Shown here: piece after piece, positions 32,649-41,660 of the stretch | How the letters are laid out: each line of letters begins with the position of its first letter | Position numbering within the stretch: position 1 is the first letter of the stretch | NCBI GenBank assembly: GCA_020444505.1 | Contig: JAHLKU010000002.1 | Location: 50,921-114,920 of the forward strand | Reading direction: 5' to 3' | Source of the DNA: Actinomycetota bacterium | Lineage (GTDB): Bacteria; Actinomycetota; Acidimicrobiia; Spongiisociales; UBA11373 | DNA length: 64,000 nucleotides | Program-made: the position numbers and the translations under genes | Notes under the pieces: model-generated | What the model was told of the DNA's origin: nothing | The model's database searches: none | Seen by the model: only the letters and a program-made list of their open reading frames with translations

Positions 32649-34844
32649 GTGAACGGCCCGCTCGCCCCGGTGATCGCCGCGGTCGAGGCGGCCCGCGCCG
32701 GAGGGCGCGATCTGCTGTACGAGACCGAGGCGCTGACGGTGGCCGCCTGCCTCGGGGTGGGCATCCCCTCCCACCTGGTGGTGCCCGGCCCCGGCGATGT
32801 GGCCCGGTTCGACCTCTCGGTGCTGCTCGGCGACCGCGTGGTCGTGAAGGCCATGGCCCCCGGCCTGGCCCACAAGACCGAGGCCGGGGCCGTGGTGGAA
32901 GCGGCGAAGGACGGGGCCGCCATCTCGTCGGCCATCGCCTCGATGGCCGAGCGGGTGCCGGAGGCGCAGGCGTTCCTGGTGGCCGAGCACGTCGCGCACG
33001 AGCCCGGTCCCGGCGGCGAGGTGCTGCTGGGGATGCGGTGGACCGACGCGTTCGGCCCGGTGGCGACGTTCGGCTTCGGCGGCACGTCGGCGGAGTTCCT
33101 GGCGGCTCTGGCGCCTGCGGCCGTGTTCAGCCCCGCCCTGCGGGCCGGCATCGGGCCGGCCCTCGACGCCTGCGCTGCGGCCGCCCCGGTCACCGGCGGC
33201 GTGCGGGGGCGCCCGCCGGCGATGGAGCGCCCGGCGCTGGAGCGCCTGGTCGGGGCCGCGCTCGACGCGGCGGCCCGCCTCATGCCGCACCACCTGGTGG
33301 AGTTCGAGATCAACCCGCTTGCCCTCACCCCGCGGGGGCCGATGGCGCTCGACGCGCTGGGCCGCATCGGGCCGCCGCCGGAGGCCGCGGCCCGCCCCGA
33401 CCTGCGACCCGGCGCGGTGGCCGGCATGCTCGCCCCGGAGACGATCGGGGTGATCGGTGTGTCGGAGCGGGTCAACCTGGGGCGGGTGATCCTCCGCAAC
33501 GTGCTCGCCGCCGGGTTCCCGCCGGAGCGGGTGGTGGTGGTGAAGCCGGGCGCGGACGAGATCGACGGGGTGCGCTGCGTGCCCGACCTGGAGGCGATGG
33601 GGCAGGTGGGCCTGCTCGTGGTCGCGGTGGGCGCCGACGCCGTGCCCGACATCGTGGAGGGGGTGGCCGCCGCCGGCCTGGCATCGGGCGTGATCCTGGT
33701 GCCGGGCGGCCTCGGCGAACGGGCCGGCACCGAGGGCCACGCCGGGCGGATCGCCGCCGCGCTGGCGGCGGCGCCGCATCCGCGGCCGGTGGTGAACGGC
33801 GGCAACTGCATGGGCATCCGGTCGGTGCCCGGCGGCTACGACACCACGTTCATCCCGGCCCACAAGACCGCGCCGCAGGGCAGGGAGGGGCGCCATCCGG
33901 TGGCCGTCGTCAGCCAGAGCGGGGCGTTCGCCATCGCCCGCCACGACCGCCTGCCGTGGCTCGACCCGGCCTACGTGATCACGGTCGGCAACCAGGTGGA
34001 CCTCACCGTCGGCGACTACCTCGACCACCTGGCCGACGACCCGGCCGTGCAGGTGGCCGCCTGCTACGTCGAGGGATTCCGGCCCGGCGACGGGCTGCGC
34101 TGGGCGGGCGCCGCCGCCCGGATGCGGGAGCGGGGCGGGCGGGTGATCCTGTACCTGGGCGGACGCACCGCCGCCGGCGCCGCCGCTGCCGCCTCCCACA
34201 CCGCCGCCGTGGCCGGCGACGCCGTGGTGGCGGCCGGCCTGGCCCGCGCCGCCGGGGCGCTGGTGGCAGGGTCGCTCGATGAGTTCGAGGACCTGCTGCG
34301 GGCGGCGGTGCTGCTGGCGGACCGGCCCTTCGGCGGACGGCGCCTCGGTGCGGTCACCAACGCCGGGTTCGAGGCGGTGGCGGTGGCCGATGCGCTCGGC
34401 ACCCTGCAGGCGGCCCGCCTGGCGCCCGCCACCCTGGAGCGCATCGACGCGATTCTCGCCGGGGAGCGGCTCGGCGGGGTGGTGGCGGCGGGCAATCCGC
34501 TGGACCTGACGCCCAACTGCCGGGCGGAGGCGTACGCGGCGGCGGCCGCCGCCGTGCTGGGCGACCCGGGCGTGGACGTGGGCTTGGTGGGCTGTGTGCC
34601 GCTGACGCCGTCGCTGGCCACGCTGGCGGCGGGCGAGGGGCACGACGAGGACACCGCGGCGGCGGATTCACTCGCCTCGTTGCTGGGCGGCCTGTGGGCG
34701 GAGACCACGCTGCCGTGGGCGGCGGTGGTGGACGGAGGGGCGCCCTACGACCCGATGGCCGGCGTCCTCGAGGCCGCCGGGATCCCGGTCTTCCGCGCCG
34801 CCGACCGGGCGCTGCGGGCGCTCGGCGCCCTCGCCGCCGGCTGA
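32649..34844 (+). CDS. acyl-CoA synthetase (NDP/ADP-forming), ATP-grasp + CoA-binding domains
   Basis: 731 aa; GTG 1 nt after the iorB stop. It has CoA-binding (Rossmann) and succinyl-CoA-synthetase-like domains, as in ADP-forming acetyl-CoA synthetases commonly found downstream of iorAB. Confidence 0.8.
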   Translation: MNGPLAPVIAAVEAARAGGRDLLYETEALTVAACLGVGIPSHLVVPGPGDVARFDLSVLLGDRVVVKAMAPGLAHKTEAGAVVEAAKDGAAISSAIASMAERVPEAQAFLVAEHVAHEPGPGGEVLLGMRWTDAFGPVATFGFGGTSAEFLAALAPAAVFSPALRAGIGPALDACAAAAPVTGGVRGRPPAMERPALERLVGAALDAAARLMPHHLVEFEINPLALTPRGPMALDALGRIGPPPEAAARPDLRPGAVAGMLAPETIGVIGVSERVNLGRVILRNVLAAGFPPERVVVVKPGADEIDGVRCVPDLEAMGQVGLLVVAVGADAVPDIVEGVAAAGLASGVILVPGGLGERAGTEGHAGRIAAALAAAPHPRPVVNGGNCMGIRSVPGGYDTTFIPAHKTAPQGREGRHPVAVVSQSGAFAIARHDRLPWLDPAYVITVGNQVDLTVGDYLDHLADDPAVQVAACYVEGFRPGDGLRWAGAAARMRERGGRVILYLGGRTAAGAAAAASHTAAVAGDAVVAAGLARAAGALVAGSLDEFEDLLRAAVLLADRPFGGRRLGAVTNAGFEAVAVADALGTLQAARLAPATLERIDAILAGERLGGVVAAGNPLDLTPNCRAEAYAAAAAAVLGDPGVDVGLVGCVPLTPSLATLAAGEGHDEDTAAADSLASLLGGLWAETTLPWAAVVDGGAPYDPMAGVLEAAGIPVFRAADRALRALGALAAG

Positions 34845-34956
34845 GTCGGTTCGGGCCCTCCAACTCCATGCGGCGCTCCCGGAGGAGCGCCGCATGAGGG
34901 GAGGGCGGTGGCGGCTTCGGGCGGGGATGAAGCCGCCACCGCGGGGGGATCGGTTG

Positions 34957-35160
34957 TCAGATCAGCGTGCGCCGGTGGTGGGCCATCTCGGCGCGGGCCC
35001 GGTGGAGGGCGCCGCGAGCCTGGACCACGGCCCCTGCAGGGGCGCCGGCGGACTTCAGCATCTCGTATCCGAGGCGGGCGTCGACGAGGCGCTCGTAGGC
35101 GCGGTCGAAGCCGTCGGCCTCGGTGCCGAGGGGGGTGGGGCGATGTGCGGTGATGGTCAT
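34957..35160 (-). CDS. small hypothetical protein (67 aa)
   Basis: ATG preceded by a GAAGGAGA RBS; this is the C-terminal real part of track ORF 34957..35736. Divergent from lrp. Confidence 0.4.
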   Translation of the reverse strand: MTITAHRPTPLGTEADGFDRAYERLVDARLGYEMLKSAGAPAGAVVQARGALHRARAEMAHHRRTLI

Positions 35161-35355
35161 GTTCTTCAGATCTCCTTCGCCACCATCCGACCACACCTTG
35201 ACGCGCATTTCAACCATCCGACCAGCCGACAGTGGTGGCCAAACGCCATAGATTGCGTGTTTCGTAATGTCTAGAGAGGGAATCGTGTTACGATCGCATG
35301 TAGGCGGGCTCGCACGACGTCGCTCGCCTTCGGAACGCGAATTCTGGGAGCCCCG

Positions 35356-35841
35356 ATGCGACTCGACGACATCGACTGGGAGATCCTCGACGCCCTGCAG
35401 GCCGACGGGAGGGCCGGCTACCGGGAACTGGGCCGCCGCATCGGCCTCAGCGCCCCGGCGGTGGCGGCCCGCGTGCACAAACTGGAGGCCGCCGGCATCG
35501 TGTCGGGCTACCGCGCGGTGGTGGACCCGGAGCGCCTCGGCCTGCGGGTGGAGGCGTTCGTGCAGTTGGCGGTGTCGGGCAGTCCCGACGCCGACGAGCG
35601 GGTCATCGAGGCCGCCCGGGGCATCCCCGAGATCCTCGACGTGTGGCGGGTCACCGGGCGGGAGACCTACCTGCTGCGGGTGGTGGTTCCCGTGGTGCAC
35701 GACCTCGAGCGGGTGCTCCGCCCGTTGTGGCAGCACGGCGAGACGATCACCTCGGCGGTGCTGTCGGCGCCGCTGGAGGACCGGCCGATCACCAGGGAGA
35801 TGGCCGAGGCGGCCGCGGCGGCCGTCGAACGGGCGCGGTGA
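35356..35841 (+). CDS. lrp: Lrp/AsnC-family transcriptional regulator
   Basis: HTH_AsnC (IDWEILDALQADGRAGYRELGRRIGLSAPAVAARVHKLE) plus a RAM domain. Confidence 0.85.
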   Translation: MRLDDIDWEILDALQADGRAGYRELGRRIGLSAPAVAARVHKLEAAGIVSGYRAVVDPERLGLRVEAFVQLAVSGSPDADERVIEAARGIPEILDVWRVTGRETYLLRVVVPVVHDLERVLRPLWQHGETITSAVLSAPLEDRPITREMAEAAAAAVERAR

Positions 35842-35889
35842 GCGGGCAGGTTGATCGGGGCCGGCGGCGAGGGCAGCCGCCGGTGGTGT

Positions 35890-36561
35890 TCACACGATCA
35901 ACCAGGCGGCGGTGAAGGCCGACGCGTTGGCGGCGGCGTGCACCAGCACCGGGACGGCGAGGCCGTCGAAGCGGTCCCGCAGCGCGGTCAGCACCGCCCC
36001 CGCCGCAGCCGTCGCGGCCACCGCCAGCGCCACCACCACGGCCACCGGGAGCCCGCCGGCGGTCTCGTTGGCGTGGGCGGCGTCCACCGCCGGGGCGATG
36101 TGCCACAGGCCGAACCCCAGGGCCGGCAGCCACGTGCCGGCACGCCGCCCCCACGCCTTCCTGCCGAGCCCCACCAGCACGCCCCGGAAGGCGGCCTCCT
36201 CGAAGAGGGCGGTGCCCACCGGGATGCGGAGCGCCACCTGGTACAGCAGCCCGCCCATGCCTACGCCGGCGGCCCGGTCGTCACGGAAGAGGTCCCGGAG
36301 GGCGGGGACCGCCGCGAGCGCGGCGACGGCAGCGGCGACCACGGCGGCGGCGGCGAGGCCGGCCCGCAGGCCCGGCCGCAGCCGGGAGGCCTCGAGGCCC
36401 AGGTCCCCCGCTCCGGCTCCGGACCGGCGGGCGATCGCCACCAGGGCGGCCAGGGCCGCCAGGTTCACCGGCAGGTAGGACCACCCGGGCAGGAGGACGC
36501 CGCCCAGGTTGACGGCGCCGAGGAGCCCCGCTGCGGCGGCGAAGCCCTTCCCGGCGCTCAT
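35890..36561 (-). CDS. CPBP-family intramembrane metalloprotease (CAAX protease-like)
   Basis: Start Met213 of track ORF 35890..37197. Motifs EEAAFRG, FGLWH and HAAAN. Confidence 0.75.
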   Translation of the reverse strand: MSAGKGFAAAAGLLGAVNLGGVLLPGWSYLPVNLAALAALVAIARRSGAGAGDLGLEASRLRPGLRAGLAAAAVVAAAVAALAAVPALRDLFRDDRAAGVGMGGLLYQVALRIPVGTALFEEAAFRGVLVGLGRKAWGRRAGTWLPALGFGLWHIAPAVDAAHANETAGGLPVAVVVALAVAATAAAGAVLTALRDRFDGLAVPVLVHAAANASAFTAAWLIV

Positions 36562-36682
36562 GCGGCGCAGGCTAGGGCGCCCGCGGCCCCGGTGGCGTTG
36601 GGCACCGCTGCCGGCCACTCCCGGCGGTCGGCCGGTATGCTCCGCCCCAACCGCCGGAACGACGGAGGCAGGCGTGCAAGCG

Positions 36683-38032
36683 ATGTCGCAGCGGAGACCG
36701 GCCGCCGCCCTCGGGCGGGCGGCCACGGTGTTCGCCACCACCGTGCTCCTGCTGGCCACGGTCCTCACTCCCGCTGCGAGTGCGGCGACGCGCACCTGCC
36801 GCGGCCTGGCGCCGACCATCACCGCCGATGCCGGGGGAGGCGCCATCCTGGGCACCCGCTTCGACGACGTGATCCTCGGCACGCCGGGCGACGACGTGAT
36901 CCTCGGCCGCGGCGGCAACGACACCATCTGCGGGCTCGGGGGGGACGACGAGATCTCCGGCGGAGCCGGGGACGATTGGATCGACGGCAACGCCGGCGCC
37001 GACGTCATCCACGGGAACAGCGGGGACGACATCATCTCCGGAGGCTCGGGGTCCGACGTGCTGGACGGGGGCACCGGGGCCAACGTGCTCCGCGGCAAGA
37101 GCGGCAACGACACCATCGACGGCGGGCCGGACCGCGACAGGATCGCAGGCGGGAACGGCGCCGACGTCCTGCGGGGGAACGGCGGCGACGACACCATCAG
37201 CGGCGGCGGAGGGCCCGATGCGCTGGAGGGCGGCGACGGCGCCGACCGGCTGCTGGGCCGCAGCGGCGGCGACGCGGCGTTCGGCGGCGACGGCCCGGAC
37301 GAGATCCTGGCGGGCAGCGGCGTCGACGAGTGCGACGGTGAGACGCTGCTGAGCTGCGAGAAGACCGCCGTGTCGCCCGGCGACGAGGGCCCGTCCGTCG
37401 CCTACCTCCAGAAGCGGCTGACGCGGGCCCGGCTGTACCGGGGCCCCATCGACGGGGTGTACCCGGACGACCCCGCCACCTTGCCGGGGGACTTCACGGC
37501 GGCGGTGTACGCCTTCCACAAGCTGCACCAGGCGCCGTCCGGCGACGTGTGGACCGCCGACGACCACGTGTCCGCGGAGTGGACGCTCGCCGACTGGCAC
37601 CTGCTGGAGGGGTTCGAACCGGCGCCGCCGGTGGCCCGTGACGGCGAGCCCGACCGGTTCGAGGTGGACGCCACGGCCGAGGTGATGTGGCTGATCCTCG
37701 ACGGAGAGGTCGCCGGCATCTTCCACGTCAGCGTCGGCGGCGAGTTCACCTACTGGTACAGCCCGAACCAGGCGTACGAAGTGGCCCACACGCCGCGCGG
37801 CGACCTGGACGTCGATCACTACAGCCTGGTGCGGTACCGGCAGACCTACTGGATGTACCGGGCCTGGTACTACAAGTACACCCACCGGTGGATGGCGCTG
37901 CACGGCTACTACACCGTGCCCCCGTACCCCGCCTCGCACGGGTGCGTGCGGGTCACCTACGACGACGCCGACTGGATCTACGCCCGCGTCGGCGCGGCGC
38001 CCGGCTGGCCGTTCCACATCTGGGACGGCTAG
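36683..38032 (+). CDS. secreted protein: RTX-type Ca-binding GG-x-G-x-D repeats fused to a C-terminal L,D-transpeptidase (YkuD) domain
   Basis: Signal peptide MSQRRPAAALGRAATVFATTVLLLATVLTPAASA. About 12 GGxGxD nonapeptide repeats. The Ldt catalytic motif is SHGCVR. Confidence 0.8.
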   Translation: MSQRRPAAALGRAATVFATTVLLLATVLTPAASAATRTCRGLAPTITADAGGGAILGTRFDDVILGTPGDDVILGRGGNDTICGLGGDDEISGGAGDDWIDGNAGADVIHGNSGDDIISGGSGSDVLDGGTGANVLRGKSGNDTIDGGPDRDRIAGGNGADVLRGNGGDDTISGGGGPDALEGGDGADRLLGRSGGDAAFGGDGPDEILAGSGVDECDGETLLSCEKTAVSPGDEGPSVAYLQKRLTRARLYRGPIDGVYPDDPATLPGDFTAAVYAFHKLHQAPSGDVWTADDHVSAEWTLADWHLLEGFEPAPPVARDGEPDRFEVDATAEVMWLILDGEVAGIFHVSVGGEFTYWYSPNQAYEVAHTPRGDLDVDHYSLVRYRQTYWMYRAWYYKYTHRWMALHGYYTVPPYPASHGCVRVTYDDADWIYARVGAAPGWPFHIWDG

Positions 38033-38095
38033 ACGCGACCGGGGGCCGCGCCGGCGGCACGGCCCCCGTCTCGTGGTGCGCTTCGCCCGCGGCGA

Positions 38096-40792
38096 CTACG
38101 CCGAGCGCAGCGCCGCCTGGGCGGCGGCGAGGCGGGCGATCGGCACCCGGAACGGCGAGCAGGACACGTAGTTGAGCCCCAGCTCGTGGCAGAGGGCGAT
38201 CGACTTCGGGTCGCCGCCGTGCTCCCCGCAGATGCCGATCTCCAGGTCGGGGCGGGTGCTGCGGCCGCCCTCCACCGCGATGCCCATCAGCTTGCCGATG
38301 CCGTTGCGGTCGATGGTGGCGAACGGGTTCTCCGTCAGGATCCCCTGCTCCAGGTAGGCCATCAGGAACCCGGACTCGGCGTCGTCGCGGCTGATGCCGT
38401 ACGTGGTCTGGGTCAGGTCGTTGGTGCCGAACGAGAAGAACTGGGCGTACTCGGCCACCTCGTCGGCGGTGAGCGCCGCCCGGGGGATCTCGATCATCGT
38501 GCCGAACTTGTAGTCGACCTCGATGCCCTGCTCCTCCATGACGGCCTTCGCCTCGGCTTCCAGCACCGAGCGCTGGCGCTTCAACTCGTTGACGTGGCTG
38601 GTGAGGGGGATCATCACCTCGGGGTGGACGTCCACCCCGTCCTTGGCCGCCTCACAGGCCGCCTCGAAGATGGCCCGCACCTGCATCCTGGTCAGCTCGG
38701 GGATCATGATCCCCAGGCGGACGCCGCGGGTGCCGAGCATCGGGTTGGCCTCGTGGAGGGCCTCCACCCGCTCGAGCATGGCCGTGTCGGCGGCGATCTT
38801 CGCCTCCAAGCCGGACGCGTCGCCTTCGCCTGCGGCCAGGGAGACCTGGGCGGCTGCGATGTCCCGCAGCAACTGGCCGTGCTCGGGCAGGAACTCGTGC
38901 AGCGGAGGGTCGATGAGCCGGATGATCACCGGCAGCCCGTCCATCGCCCGGAACAGCCCGGCGAAATCGCCGCGCTGGTAGGGGAGCAGGCCGTCGAGGG
39001 CCTCCTGGCGGGCGGCCGGGTCCTCGGTGGTGATCATCTTCTGGACCAGCGGCAGCCGCTCGGTCTCGAAGAACATGTGCTCGGTGCGCGCCAGGCCGAT
39101 GCCCTCGGCGCCGTAGCGGCGGGCCCGCTCGGCGTCCACCGGGTAGTCGGCGTTGGCCCACACCCCGAGGGTGCGGAACTCGTCGGCCCACGACAGCAGC
39201 TTCATGAGCCACGGGTCGGAGATGTCGGGCACCAGCGTCTCGAGCTGCCCGGTGAACACCTCGCCGGTGGTGCCGTCGATGCTGATCCAGTCGCCTTCGG
39301 AGACCGTCGCCCCGCCGACGCTCATGGTGTGGGCCTTGAGGTCGATCTCCATCTCGGCGACGCCGACCACGGCCGGCTTGCCGAACTGGCGAGCCACCAG
39401 GGCGGCGTGGCTGGTGCGCCCGCCCTTGCTGGTGAGGATGCCCTCGGCGGCCAGCATGCCGTGGACGTCGTCCGGCTTGGTCTCGGGCCGCACCATGATG
39501 ACCTTGCGGCCCTCGTCCTTGGCCCACGACTCGGCGAGGTCGGCGGTGAACGCCACCTGGCCCACCGCAGCGCCCGGCGACACGTTCAGGCCCTCGGCCA
39601 GTTTGCCGGCGGCGGCCTTCGACTCGGCCGAGAACTGCGGATGGAGGAAGAAGTCCACCTGGTCGGGGCTGACCCGCGAGACGGCGGTCTTGCGGTCGAT
39701 GAGCCCCTCCTCGGCCTGGTCGACGGCGATCCGCACCGCCGCCTGGGCGGTCCGCTTGCCGTCGCGGGTCTGCAGCAGCCACAGCGTGCCGCGCTCGATG
39801 GTGAACTCCATGTCCTGCATCTCGTGGTAGTGCTGCTCGAGACGCCCGGCGATGTCGATGAACTCGGCGTAGGAGTCGGGCATGATCTCGGCCATGTCCT
39901 CCACGTGGAGGGTGGGCCGGGTGCCGGCCACCACGTCCTCGCCCTGGGCGTTGACCAGGAAGTCGCCCTCCACCTTGTTCTCGCCGGTGGTGGCGTTGCG
40001 GCTCATCGCCACGCCGGTGGCCGACGTGTCGCCCATGTTGCCGAACACCATCGTCTGGATGTTGACGGCGGTGCCCAGGTCGTGGGCGATGCCGGCGGCG
40101 TTGCGGTAGTCGATGGCCCGCTTGCCGTTCCAGGAGCGGAACACGGCCTCGGCGGCCAGCTTGAGCTGCTCGCGGGGGTCGGAGGGGAACGCCGGCGCCA
40201 GTTGCTTGAACTCGGCGATCACACCGAGCAGCGCCTCCGGGGGCAGTTCGCTGTCGCTGGCCACTCCGGCCGCCTTGCGGGCCCCGGTGAGCACCTCCTC
40301 GAACGGCTCGTCGTCGAGGCCCAGCACCACCGAGCCGAACATCTGGATGAGGCGGCGGTAGGAGTCGTAGACGAAGCGGGCGTCGCCGGTGAGGGCGATC
40401 ATGCCCTCGGCGACGTCGTCGTTGAGGCCGATGTTGAGGACGGTGTCCATCATCCCCGGCATCGAGAACTTGGCGCCGCTGCGGCACGACACCAGCAGCG
40501 GGTTGTCCTTGTCGCCGAAGGTCTTGCCGGTGGCCTCCTCGACCCTGGCGAGGGCGGCCTCGGCCTGCGCCCACGAGTCGCCGGGGAACTGCTCGCCCGC
40601 GTCGAGGTAGGCGAGGCACGCCTCGGTGGTGATCGTGAAGCCGGGGGGCACGGGGACGCCGAGGCGGGTCATCTCGCCGAGGTTGGCGCCCTTGCCGCCG
40701 AGGAGGCCCCGGACCTCGTCCCAATCGCCGCCGACGGCCGCCTGGGCGTCGGCGACCTCATCGAATCCATACACCCACTTGGTGTCAGACAT
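38096..40792 (-). CDS. ppdK: pyruvate, phosphate dikinase
   Basis: 898 aa with end-to-end PPDK architecture: ATP-grasp, phosphohistidine domain GGRTSHAA, and a PEP-utilising TIM barrel. Confidence 0.95.
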   Translation of the reverse strand: MSDTKWVYGFDEVADAQAAVGGDWDEVRGLLGGKGANLGEMTRLGVPVPPGFTITTEACLAYLDAGEQFPGDSWAQAEAALARVEEATGKTFGDKDNPLLVSCRSGAKFSMPGMMDTVLNIGLNDDVAEGMIALTGDARFVYDSYRRLIQMFGSVVLGLDDEPFEEVLTGARKAAGVASDSELPPEALLGVIAEFKQLAPAFPSDPREQLKLAAEAVFRSWNGKRAIDYRNAAGIAHDLGTAVNIQTMVFGNMGDTSATGVAMSRNATTGENKVEGDFLVNAQGEDVVAGTRPTLHVEDMAEIMPDSYAEFIDIAGRLEQHYHEMQDMEFTIERGTLWLLQTRDGKRTAQAAVRIAVDQAEEGLIDRKTAVSRVSPDQVDFFLHPQFSAESKAAAGKLAEGLNVSPGAAVGQVAFTADLAESWAKDEGRKVIMVRPETKPDDVHGMLAAEGILTSKGGRTSHAALVARQFGKPAVVGVAEMEIDLKAHTMSVGGATVSEGDWISIDGTTGEVFTGQLETLVPDISDPWLMKLLSWADEFRTLGVWANADYPVDAERARRYGAEGIGLARTEHMFFETERLPLVQKMITTEDPAARQEALDGLLPYQRGDFAGLFRAMDGLPVIIRLIDPPLHEFLPEHGQLLRDIAAAQVSLAAGEGDASGLEAKIAADTAMLERVEALHEANPMLGTRGVRLGIMIPELTRMQVRAIFEAACEAAKDGVDVHPEVMIPLTSHVNELKRQRSVLEAEAKAVMEEQGIEVDYKFGTMIEIPRAALTADEVAEYAQFFSFGTNDLTQTTYGISRDDAESGFLMAYLEQGILTENPFATIDRNGIGKLMGIAVEGGRSTRPDLEIGICGEHGGDPKSIALCHELGLNYVSCSPFRVPIARLAAAQAALRSA

Positions 40793-40912
40793 GGGTCAGC
40801 CTTCTGTTCGTGGAACCGGTTCCCGTGCATGGTAGGGCGAATGCGTGCGGCGCATTCCGGTCGCGGCCCGGCCGGGGTTCAGCGGCGCGGCCCCGATGCC
40901 GATGTCTCGTGC

Positions 40913-41602
40913 ATGCGTTCCGGTCTCCTGCAGCGTCCGGTGGCGGCCGCCGTCGTGGCCGCCGTCCTGGCCGCCGCGTCCCCGGCCGCCGCGTCCCCTG
41001 CCGCCGCCGCCCCGGCGCTGGTCGTGAGCGGCGGGGCGTCGCCCGCCGAGGCCGCCGAGATCCGGGCGCAGTGGGCCCGCTTCAGCGGCGCCTTCGACGG
41101 CCTCGCCGGCTGCCTTGGGCCGATCGAGGTGATGGTGGTGGCGAGAGCCGAGGACTGGTACGGCGGCCGCGACGTGGGCCCGATCGCCGCCTTCTACGAC
41201 CCCCTGCCCATCGCCATGGTGGTGATCGAGCACGGCAAGGTGACGCCGAGGACGCTGCTGCACGAGTTCGCCCACCACCTCGACCTGTCGTGCGGCATCG
41301 GCGAGGGTCCCGCCGCCGACCGCCTGCGGGCCGCCCACGGCATCCCCGCCGGCCGCGGCTGGCACCGCGGCGACTCGTGGGCGGACGTGCCGGCGGAGGT
41401 GTTCGCCGAGGCGGTGGTGGCGTACCTGGGCGAGCGGCCGGCGTTCGAGGTGGGCGACGGCGCGCTCGAGGTGATCGCCGGCCTCGCGGGGAAGCCGGCG
41501 TCGGCCGATCCGGCGCCGGTGCCGGCCCATGGGGACGGCACCCCGGTGCCGGCGCCCCGCCGCGGGCCCTCCGGTGCCGGGCGCATGCTCTACCCCCGCT
41601 GA
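40913..41602 (+). CDS. secreted protein with an HExxH zinc-metallopeptidase-like motif
   Basis: Signal peptide MRSGLLQRPVAAAVVAAVLAAASPAAA; HEFAHHLD motif. It is the 3' part of the 1138-aa artefact ORF. Confidence 0.55.
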   Translation: MRSGLLQRPVAAAVVAAVLAAASPAAASPAAAAPALVVSGGASPAEAAEIRAQWARFSGAFDGLAGCLGPIEVMVVARAEDWYGGRDVGPIAAFYDPLPIAMVVIEHGKVTPRTLLHEFAHHLDLSCGIGEGPAADRLRAAHGIPAGRGWHRGDSWADVPAEVFAEAVVAYLGERPAFEVGDGALEVIAGLAGKPASADPAPVPAHGDGTPVPAPRRGPSGAGRMLYPR

Positions 41603-41660
41603 CCGGCGCGGGCGAGGCTCCCGGGCGTAGGCTCGGCGGTGCCGGCCGAGGAGGGCGCTC

